A stretch of DNA of 50,314 nucleotides, the filler included, from Sphacelaria rigidula (Eukaryota), in the NCBI GenBank assembly GCA_964200075.2. It is 3 parts of 3 records of this genome, joined end to end, with 100 filler letters (N's around TTAATTAATTAA, not from the genome) between each part and the next. Parts side by side here need not be neighbours in the genome. Positions count along the whole stretch, not along the records: positions 16,806 to 33,510 come from CAXNAA020001271.1; positions 33,611 to 50,314 come from CAXNAA020001272.1; 1 more part is not named here. The stretch is one strand, 5' to 3'. Shown here piece by piece: positions 24,601 through 35,543 of this stretch. Every line of letters starts with the position of its first letter. Within the stretch, counting starts at the first letter, position 1. Below the pieces are notes generated by a model. It was not told the DNA's origin, searched no databases, and saw only the letters and a program-made list of their open reading frames with translations. The position numbers and the translations under genes were made by a program.

Positions 24601-27600
24601 CTTTCGCATGGGGAATCTGAAGAATCTGAGGAATCTGAGGAATCTGAGGATGAAGGGTGGCACCTAGAGAGTCTCGTCTTGGGATTTGAAACCAATCATG
24701 CCAATCATGGGATGCAAATTGCTCATCGAGCACCTTCTCTCTTCCTACAGAGCACTTGCGGATTGCGTTGCGCGCGGCATGCATCTGATACCGCCATGTG
24801 TTGCCCTTCGTTTGTGCTACCCTGGAAGGTGGTTCTCTGCGGAAGCTCGATCAGTCATCGATCGCATCTTGGTGCCAGATCCGAAGCAACGGCTCACCCT
24901 AGCCCAGATGAAGGTAGGCACTCGTACGTGAAAATGCGCTTCCCATGCTTGATCAACATCAAGTTGCATAACAGCTGCGTAAGAGGCTTGTCGCCTAGCG
25001 TACGCAATGCTTGCAAGCTGGGCATATGAACTCAAGTGGTGGCTCCTTTTCATTTGCAAGCTCTCATTCGAGGTTTTGATGGTAAATCGCATGGGATGTT
25101 TTCCGCGCGAAATACCTTTCATGGATGAGCGTCTGGCCTTGAGTACGATATTGGAGCAGATGTGTGCCGGAAGGAAACCTTGGGTGCCATTCAAGTATTG
25201 CTTTTAAATACACCCCTCCTGCCTCTAGGGAATGACGACCAGTGACAAAATAATGATAAAAAATCTGAGAACATGGCTGTTAGACTATGTCAATGTTCAT
25301 ACTCCTGAATTTCAGCGACATGAAGGTAACGGCTAAAAACAAATGGGGCAAGTGAAGAAGAAATATCGCAGTGCTGTGATGATGCCATTCTCCAAGAAAC
25401 GCGGTATGTCTATAATCACCTAGATACATGTAATTTTATGGCGAACTATCTACACTAGAATAAAACACGCTCGCTAGTCCGCCTTCCCGTGATAACATGA
25501 TGAAAACCGAAATGCGATGTGTTAGTTGTGCGGGCAGCCAATGTACATACGTATGGAGTCAATTCACACTTGCCCCAAAGAAAACCTTGTTGACGGCTTT
25601 GCTTCGTTTTCAGTGCGGAAGGTGCTTTGGTTATCGCGGTTTGGGGTCAAAGTCTTGTGAATTATTTCACATTTTCTGTCACTCCCGGACATCATGAGAG
25701 GGCTTGTTCCAAACCTGTGGTCAGAGGCTCCGGAGAATCCAGGCATCTCCTCTGCCGGAGATGGGCGATGTTCCGAAATGTGGCAAAACCTGATAATACA
25801 TGTTTCTCCGCAGTTCGGTTCTGCCGGATTTCAAAGCGTCGCTCAGGTATTTCGAGCAGGCGCCTTTTGTGCGAATCTCGTCATGTGTCGGCCGAATTTC
25901 CCAAAAGAGCCCAAGAGGCCAAATGTCGAGTCAAATTTCTCATGGTAATTATCAGAGATGGACGCCCCGTTCAGCGCGCTGTGGTCACCACGTCTAACGT
26001 CTAACGTCTAACGTCTAACTCACTACTGTGAGTGCCGTGGCGCATGTATACTTAGACGCTCGTGCTGGGAGCGCACAACGATAATGACCCTGTCCACAGC
26101 TGTAGTTTTTCTCGTGGGCGGGTCTATGCTGTTGTACTGTCTGCGCCGCCAGTACTCCTTCGTGCGCAGCAAAATATGGTACTGTGTGGGCTTGGTGTCC
26201 TTTGTAGGCTCGTATGGCGGGACTCACTGGGACTCACTGGGGCGCCGAGCGCAATTTGACAAATAGCACAGCACACCCTAGTCACCGGCGCGAGAGCACG
26301 GAAGGAGGTGCCTTGTACCCATCATCTAGAATCGCTGAACCAGCAACCTGACGCTACGAAGGCACCGCGGTGGTTTTGATTTAGTATATAATATATAGTG
26401 GTGGCGATAATGGGCGTTCGCTGAGTTCGCTTAAAGCTGTGGAGTCCCCATGCTCGATAAGGATTCGCTCCGGTCCGCCGCAGGTCCCACCTGCACATAT
26501 AGTTGAAACACCCCCCCAACAGCTTACAGCCGGCACACGTACGCGGAAACCCTAGAAGTAGTGGTTGCAATGTATCGGGCTCGGGGTTCCGGAGACGTCG
26601 GGGTTCGTGATCGAAGGCTGTCATTAGTCTCTCTCGTGAGCGGGCATCTGGCTCATGACACAAGTCCAATTGTGCTTGCCAAAATATCCCACGATTGGGC
26701 GGTGAGATTTGGCTCTCTTATGTGACAGTACGGTAATGTACGCTTAACGGCGAGAAAAGTGGCTACTTGAAGTGTCCCTCAAGTTCGGTAGTGAAACATG
26801 TTGATCTTTCGAAAGCATCTGACCCCAGTTTTCGAACAAGCCCCTCCGAGAAGTTAACAATTTTGAGGAGACTGAGAACGTGAGATGATGCCGTAGACGC
26901 CCTGTACAGGGTGTGGGTATCAAAGTTGATCCCACCGCGTCTGTGCTTGCAATGTGTGTACACGATGACTCACTTGATGACCTTCATTTTCCAAGCTGTA
27001 CGAAAAGCATGCCAAGTGGGTACTAAAAGCATGCCAAGTGGGCACGTAGAACACCGCCCCGTCTGTTACCCGCTTGAAATACAGTGTGTGCTGCGTTCAA
27101 TATAGGGGGATAAGTCGTTCGCTCGTGGCACGCGATATCTCGGCAGGCACATCCGTTCTGGGACAGTGGCAGCGGAGTGGAGATGGCTGCTTCTGCTTCG
27201 ACGCCGGACGTGATCGTCCCCACGGAAGCAGAAGTTAATTCTGCTGTACAGGCGAGAACGCGCACGTTATTCATGACGTTATATCACCTTGCTGAACTAC
27301 CCAGTTCTGACAATTCTTGTACGAGTTACTGTGACCGAAGGTTTTGGTCGACGCGCATGGGTTAAGGTGTTGGTGACGGGTGTATTGTTCGCTCATGTTA
27401 CCGTCAGTGTATAATGCGCGGTCACTCCACCGCTGTCTTTTTGCGAAAATCGTTATGGCCAAGTACATGTAGGAGTACTGTAATTCATAACAGAGGGTGT
27501 GGCTCGCACAACACCGTTGTCTCAAACTAATCGTGGATGTCGTATGGTGGCGGCTTCGTTGTCCTTTGTAGGAGGGGGTGGAACAGGAAAAGACGGAGCA

Positions 27601-30130
27601 GTTGGCACCCACGAAGCCACCGTCAGTGGGCGATATGGAGTCGACTCCCGTCCGTAGAGCTTCGGTTCGCCTCAACACTTTCGAAACAAGGCTGGATCCG
27701 ACAGAAATCGTTCCCAAACTAACTCAGGTAAGCTGGCATCTAAGTGTAGCATCATGTGCAGCACTACTCAATGTTCAGAATAGCTGGGCAGAGTAAAATC
27801 CATCTACGAGGTGGTTTCCCCGTTGCCATGCAAGTACATTGGCAGATATGCGGAAGAGGATCAACAGTAACAATAACAAGCAAGTGTGTGTGGCGTATGA
27901 AATACTTCCATTAGGAACGAGAACATATTGACCAAATGGGAATAATTTATCGGGCGTGATGCTGCGGCAGGTGCAGGTGTCATAATACGGAGGCAACGTC
28001 AAGGACACAAGAGGTAGAAACAAGTAAATCTGGCTTCATCAGCACATTTGAAATTCATCCGATTCATTGTGCTTCTCCTTCTCCTCACGAGTATCGCAAG
28101 TATCACAAGCGCGCAAAACAAAACGAATTCTGCACAGGGCGTCAGAGCTGACAAGGTCGTTCAACAGTGTACAGTAACTACTGTAGCAACCTCAGAAGTT
28201 GCGTCGAGGTCGCTGATATTGCGAGTCGATCCATGTGTCATGGAAGAAGCCGAGGCACAGGCCTGATGGTATGTACAGTATGTTGGTGACTGCGACGTTA
28301 CGTGGTACACCCCGGCATATGCATGCACGCATCATTGTGAGCACTTGGAACGATCCAAATGGGGTGGTATCGACTGAAACTGAGTACGTTTGCACATGGA
28401 ATATCGCCAATTCGCGAAAATTCTTCTGTGATTTACATCCTCCTTGCCCCAGCTTACACTGCACTCGTAGTTGTCAGTCACCAATGAAAAAAATAGCATC
28501 TCAGTCACCGACAATACTTCCTGCGCTGGAATCCCTGAATCCCCCATCTCTGCCCCCTGGAGGGAAACTCCAACTTCGGGCACCCGAGAGTTTTTAAAAC
28601 ATACAATACGCACTGTACCGTTATTCCGTTATATAGTCTCCAGAATGTATCTCACTAGATCGGTCATGTATTTTCCCCGTCTCTTCGCGTGCTGAAGGAC
28701 TGGAGTACCGTGCACCCCCTGATTTTCGTGGTGTGATATTGTCGCGTGGGCGTCATTACGTGAGGTTGCTCTCAGCGTGATGTGGGTGATGTGGGTGATG
28801 TGGGGAAAGGAAACAGCACCCTCGATCCGATTTCTTGAAACACAAAACTTTACGGAGCAATCGTGGCACACAGTACGCCAGTGCCGGTGTGGGATGATGC
28901 GCCGTTGGTGTCTCTCGGTTGGTCACTTGTCACATGTGCTCTTTTTTCCACTCCCGCAATTGTCATGTTACAAGTCTTGTTACACTTACATGTCTTATTG
29001 CAGTACATGGTGCAGTACTGTCAAGCCGCATATACAGGACAGTACCGCGCAAGAATAGTTTGACATCCATGAGCTATAGAAGGAGCGCAGGATTGTGATG
29101 AAATGAAATCTGATGAGCCCGATCGCTGGCATGTGATTGACCTAAGGGGACACATGGAATGCGCACATACACATACGTGCACTCTGTTTCCCAAGTAGTT
29201 CCCCACACCCTTGTACTATGCCCAACGCCAGAGTAGAACTAGTGTCGTGCGACAACCCTTCTTCCCGGTCCTTGTTTACTTGCATCCCAAATTCGAGCCT
29301 GTGACCTCCACGGGTAGTCGGCATGTTTTGGAATGGGCATCATTTTCGCTTGACAATGAGAGTAAGACCCATGTGGCTCACCCTGCCTCTTCGAGGGTTG
29401 ACTCTCGCTGGATGCACAGGGAAGTTGTTCAGACTATCGATTTGATCTCCTGAAGGTCTGCGGTACGGTGGAGTTTGAGCTTGAGGGCCTGGATCACGCT
29501 GTCGCTGTCAATCCGCCTCTGCTCGCGTTCTTTGCTCAGCTTTTCAACATGTGCTCGGTGTTTGTTATCACCTGTTTAAATTCGACGCTTTTCGCTACAG
29601 GCACTCCAGGAAATGGGATGTGAGCTGCGCGTGTTTGAGCCCTCCAACAAGATCAAGGCGTGCCTGATGACTGCTAAGGGGATGATCGGGGTGGTGTTGC
29701 AGGTGTACTTGTCCGAGAGTGCGGATCCGAGCATGGTGGAGGTGAGAAGTACATGAGTAGTCAACGGGGTACGTATTGTATCAAGTACTTCGTATTCGGT
29801 GCTGTTTCGAAGCGGGAGTGACAGTGGTCGACATCCACTATTCATTCACACTGGTGGCGTTCCCATTTGCCCGCAACCACCGGGTACAACAGGGCCACTC
29901 ACGATGCATGAAATTACAGTGCTCATCATTGTTGGTTGCTTTCCCTTTTGCCCGACCATGGTGATGTACCTGCCTACTGCCACCTGCACCTGCTTACTCA
30001 GGTCCGTCGGGGGAAGGGAGATAACTTGGAGTTTGCCAAGTTCTGCAAAGAGCTCATGGAGACAAAGCTTACTGATGTCATCCATAAAGCTGATATCGAA
30101 AACGTTGGAGAACCTGTAGCTGCAGCTTAA
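21642..30130 (+). CDS. CIPK: CBL-interacting protein kinase (CIPK/SnRK3)-like Ser/Thr kinase, 9 coding exons, 436 aa
   Basis: Exons 21642-21752, 22126-22317, 22572-22808, 23277-23431, 24829-24913, 27147-27251, 27572-27727, 29601-29741 and 30002-30130 join in frame. All acceptors are AG; donors are GT except one probable GC. Kinase motifs: [92 protein letters not shown]. The C-terminus ([14 protein letters not shown]...[21 protein letters not shown]) resembles the PPI/KA1-like tail of plant CIPKs. Confidence 0.93.
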
Positions 30131-30987
30131 ATGCCCGCTACTGCACGATAGATGATCAGGCGCAACGATGGCACTCAGATGTTACTGGCCTCATGTCAAT
30201 ATTTTAACGCCACGGCGATGATTCGGACGTTGAGGGGTTTGGTTTGGGGAAGTCAAGAGCTTAAATCGGGCGAAGTATGAGTGATCGAAACACGAGTGGG
30301 GGTGGCACGCCTTCTCTTCTGGTGCAGCAAGCGGTTTCCTTTCATCTACTAGGATTCGCTCAGGTGTTGGTGTATTATATGTAAGGTGCTGCAGCCTCCA
30401 GCTTTGGTCTTTGCGATGTAAGCACCATCCTATCGTGGCAAGGATATATATTTTCGGTTTGTAAATCCGTAAGAAGGTGATTTGCCAACTTGGTTGCACG
30501 GGCGATTGCATCTTTTTTCTTGCTTGCATGGTGCATGATGCGGCAATGTAGCCAAGAACACCATCCGTTCGTGGCGTTGGGCGCAACGCTAAACGCGAGC
30601 ACTCTAGGGCCCCCCGCCTGGTGTGCCTTGTACTGTAGTGGCATGAAGTTGTGGCATGAAGTTGGGCACTCTGTACTGTAAGATGGTTACTGTGTGCGCG
30701 TGTTCAACATGAGTGAACTGTCGTGTTGATGCGGGAGAGGGAGGATGACTGGAGAACAACTTCTACTCTACAAGTCTCGTACATGGGTGTGCTGGCAAAT
30801 TGCGAACATCCGGGGCACACACAGTGTTTTCGAGTGTGCCGTTTGAAGTGTATTTGTTATCAAGATATCGTTGCATGTGTATGCTGCATGAGTCAGTTAT
30901 CGTCGTTGTCATGGTGTGAAGGTTTTTATGAATGTCATGTCATGTGATGGTCGCGCAAAACTCGTCAGTGATCCAGCTAAAACCTCG

Positions 30988-32104
30988 TCATTGCCTGCCC
31001 GTTGAGCTACGCCCAGGCAAAAATCCTTTGATTTTCGTTTTCTCCACTACCTCGACCGCCAAATCCAACAGTCCGTCTGGAAGGTCTAGCAATATGTACG
31101 GACCCCTTTCACTGTCTTCTCCATGCACATTTACCACGGGCACAAACGCGGGTACGAACGGGACAAAGCACACTTTAGGCACGATGCCTGGCCCTTCAAT
31201 CGGAAGGCGTAGCTCCAAACTATCGCTAGCCACACCACTCGTTGACAAATCATCCCCCAACACGATGCCCACCACGTCTCCCATATATACTGATTCGTCG
31301 TCAGCACGGTAGGCGCGTGCGCCGACGATATCGCGCACCAAGTACTCGTTCTCTTCAAGATCAATATCTTCGTCTTCCAGCACATACATCTTGTGTCCAC
31401 GCAAAGCGGCCGCCGCATCCCGTGATCTAACACCCTGAAAGGTATGAAGCACAGCGTCATGGGGAACGGCAAGTATAGCAGCAAAATAATATCACGTTCA
31501 GATTGCTCATCTCCGCCACTATGTATAGCATGGCAATGGCCACATGTCCGTCACACATGTGTCATATTCCTCCCTCCCCAGGGTGAACCGTATACTTGTA
31601 TTTCAAAGTCGACATCCTCACAAACTAGGGCGGTCATGCCCGCAAGTGTTTTATCATCGTGTCGTCAAAATCGCATCATGTCTGGTCGAGGTTCTTCGGC
31701 ACATGAGATTGTTCGGCAGTACGAGACCATTATTAAGAGAGAACAACGAGATTAGAAAACTCACCACCACGGGGAGACGGGGGGTGATACTATACACATG
31801 TATAAACAATCACCCTCCTTATCGTAGAGCAGCATCATACCCTCTTTTGTGTGCACTCTGTTGATTCCTTACGATTTTACACCCCACCTGATTTTTAATT
31901 CACGCGACCTACCTCCAAGGTGATCAAAAACACGTCTTCTTTTTGCCAGCGACCGCTCCTCAATTCCACGTCTCGTGGGGTGCGCCTGTTTGGCGCTTTC
32001 ATGTACTTGACTCCGGGAGTGCAGAGGCGCTTGGCAGCGAAGTCGGTGACTGAACGCACCTTAACCTCGCCTTTGATTCCATGTGCGCCCTGTACATGGC
32101 CCAC
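30988..32104 (-). CDS. rimM: Ribosome maturation factor RimM (16S rRNA processing), nucleus-encoded and probably plastid-targeted; last two exons only
   Basis: Exon 32104-31913 reads VGHVQGAHGIKGEVKVRSVTDF...LITLE, the RimM N-terminal G.HG.KGE.KV motif. Exon 31434-30988 reads GVRSRDAAAALRGHKMYV...LEENEYLVRDIVG...VPFVPAFVPVVNV...LPDGLLDL...stop, the PRC-barrel half. A phase-0 GT-AG intron joins them. The 5' exon(s) were not found. Confidence 0.9.
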
Positions 32105-33510
32105 CTGACAGCAACAGCGTGAGGGCCCTGCTTGAGTAATGTTTGACCAAGTCACGTCACGATATCTTCGAGTAGCTTGCTACTGGTTTCTGGTGCGAAA
32201 TCCCTGAACACGCATTTTTTGTTGTGGTCCTGCCACTATCCATGGTCGGGGGGAAATGCATCTTCAGTTTCGAATTCTCCCCCTCTTACTTGGAAAAATA
32301 TTCTACTTCCCGCCATTCATGGTAAGGAAAGATGATCCTTTGGTCGTGAAATATTCTCCTACCCATTATGAAACAATACCTTCACCTGTAATGCCCGTGA
32401 ATGAAGTCCTTAGCGACCATAAATCCGTGGGCAAAAAAATAAAAAGAAACACGGGGGAAAAATGAGGAATAATGAAGACGTCACAGACTGGTCGGACCTG
32501 TGCCGAACAGAACACACGCTCCATCCCAAGTTACCTACGTTTAATATGCGACAGCTGTAATGTTTTCATCGCGGTTTTCTCGAGACAGGAAGCAAACCGG
32601 CCTGTGGTACTTCACAGCCCCCCGCACACCCACTACACCTAGTCAGTACAGCGGCGGAGTTGCTCAATTCGCCACAGCGGATCCGAAAAGCCCCAGAACG
32701 TTGGGGGAAACACATTTTTTAATACAAATTGCGTTTGATGCAGCGGTTTGCAAAGTGCTGCCACACTGACTAGTTCTGGTGTGTTGGAAGCGCACGCATC
32801 AAACTGCAGTCCAATCCTCTGCTTCGTTGCCGAAAAAACTGCGTTGGAAGATAGGCACAACAACATACTGTAATAAGACAGGCACAATAACAACACGAGC
32901 AGCAGCTCCTATCCTCCTGTTGCTATCACGCTGTGCACAGGTGTACCCTGTGTACAGGTGCACAGCAACGTCAGCCACGGGTTTGTTTTCCAATGTACAA
33001 TATTACAATATACATTTTGTATGAGCATTGTCGTCGTTTCGAGTGACGCGTGTACTTGTGATTGATTCTGATTGACTCCTTTAGGTTTTTATTTTTTCTA
33101 CATTCAACTGGTGGTATAGTTGGTCGGTCCACGTTCCCGATATATGGTACTCGAAACCGGGCCCCATTCATGGGCAGAACTGTGGTCAAAAACTGTCCCC
33201 TTACCCCTTGAAAAAAAACAACTCCACCATTTTTTGGAAATGTTACGCTGCCCGTATCATGTGAAAAGCTACCAATACATTTCATATTCAGTATCCATGT
33301 CAGAAGTTATCCAAAAATGTGTTATCCATATTGGCGTCCCGTCGTCACGAAAAAAAAAATGGAGTTCCTAACGGCGTTACTGATATACAAATATATATAC
33401 AAGAAAAAAGTTGGAGTTCCTAACGGCGTTACAGACACATACGTACGTAAGGAAGCGAAACAGCGCGCTGCGGCTGGTACGAGTAGGGGACTCAAAGTAG
33501 TTTCAAAAGC

Positions 33511-33610
33511 NNNNNNNNNNNNNNNNNNNNNNNNNNNNNNNNNNNNNNNNNNNNTTAATTAATTAANNNNNNNNNNNNNNNNNNNNNNNNNNNNNNNNNN
33601 NNNNNNNNNN
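33511..33610. other. Assembly gap spacer (N44-TTAATTAATTAA-N44)
   Basis: Same artificial structure as 16706-16805. Confidence 0.95.
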
Positions 33611-35543
33611 GTGTCGCTAGGTCCAGTGTTTTCTGAATTTTGCCGACTTTATCATGAATTCCCTCCCCCCCCCCCCCCCCTTCGTCCCCCCGCTTCCCCA
33701 AATTTCGGGCAACAATCATATGCATTTTTTATTCAACGTGACCCATACTGCAACAAACGTAATTGGCGACCCGGCCGTGTACTCAGGTGATTAACACAAA
33801 CAGCGAGCACGTGTTGAAGCCGTCAATCGAGCTGATAGTGGGGCACTGCGAGACGTTTTCATAAGCATTGTGGTCGTACGGGGCTGGTGTTGGAGCCTTA
33901 GCCATTCCCCGTTCGCCCTGTTCATGTCTGTACCGAGAGTAAGGCCCAAAAGTAAGTGTAGAAATACCACCTGTCTTCCAGTTTGTTGCACGCGTTTTTT
34001 GCGCGTGATCTTCGGGTAGTTATATGCAGTACTTCGAAGTATATCACACAAGGAAGATCATTCCGCGAGCAATGGCTAACGGCGCTATTTCGCGGTCATA
34101 CTTAGATCACACATCGCGGGTTACTCTACATACAGGAAAACTCTACACCAAAGGGAATTGAAGTGAGAAAGGACCAGAGCCGTCGATACCCGATGTCAAG
34201 TCGTACCGCAACATTGATGTCATCCCGTGTTTTTGCGGCAGGGGATCCACGATGTTAGTACGCTATGTATTGGTCAAGTGTGCACGGAGCTCTCCTACAT
34301 GATAGATTGATATATTCGAAAACCATGCACAAGAGTCGAAACGTTGCGTTGTCTTGAGCGTGCCAGGCTGAGTTTCCGCTGGATTTAAATGGTAGACACC
34401 GTAGAAAAGCACCGTGTTCTATGAGGTGCGATAGAGCAATACTCGGAAGTTATCTTCCACCACTGCCGCAAAATGGGTGCATATTGCAGCAAGAGAAACA
34501 AACATAAAAATAAATTACTTTATTTCTATATACATACTCTCTTACCAGGCTGTTGTGCGGCTTTTGTCCCATGCGTGTGTGAATATTCGGGGCAGTATAC
34601 GATCTTACAGGGAAAGCTTCACGAGAACAGTTGCTCTTGATCGGCAGTTTTTGATTGGCTCGCCTCACATATGAAAGGGCTCAAACGCTTGGTCGGGGTG
34701 CCCCCGTATGCACCGGTCCATACACATACGGGTCCTTCCAAGAATCAATAGAAGTTTATCCTGAGGGAACATCACGTCTCTTAGTCAAGTAAGGTAGCTG
34801 TGCGAGTGCCTTTTTGGGGGTTTATAATGCTCGCACTTGACTTACATTATATTCAAGTGATCAAGAGTAGCCATGGTGTATCCTGAGCCTCACCCTGACT
34901 TCATCTACAGGAAGAACACTCGGCCTAAACCTAACCCTAACCCTACCCATTTCAATCCAAATCAGATGTCCATCCATTTCAATCCGAATCAAACCCTGTC
35001 TTTCCTGATAATGGCGGCACTCATGCCCAGTTCAAAGATGGCCATACAAGAGCTTGCTGATCACATGAAGGGCCTTACGGTTAGTAGGTAGCTCTATGCC
35101 AGTAACAGATCAAAGTGTCTCATTTACATTTCGAATGGATTGAGCAGAATCTACACACTCGCAGCTATGGAATGTTCTGTTCGAACAACAAACACCACAG
35201 TAGCAACTAGCACGCTCGTACAACGGTCTACGTGACTATAAAACAGTTCATGCACAAATTCTGCATCGTCTCACTATAGGTTTTTACCGTTTGTTTTCGA
35301 AAATAAATTATCCTCGCAACTTTCTTTTGCTTGTACGTCCCGTACTTTTCTCGCCAACGGCTATATATTTACGCATCCTATCCAGAGCTATCCGCGACCA
35401 AAGCCCCGATCGGTTTCGGTCGACGGCCGACTCTAGAAGGGGGCAGCAAATCCGAAAAACACGCGGGCAGAAGATCGCGCCTCGTTCGCCAAGCCACGGT
35501 ACAATTCGGAGCCGCCAAGCTGCACGCAAGCAAGACGCCGTCT

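Noticed and set aside
24562..25029. Acidic [12 protein letters not shown]
   Set aside because: It comes from a 9-bp tandem repeat (GAATCTGAG) in kinase intron 4. The true exon 5 is in another frame.
28048..28266. Small secreted peptide ORF ([23 protein letters not shown]) in a kinase intron
   Set aside because: It starts at TTG rather than ATG and has no other support, so it is likely chance.
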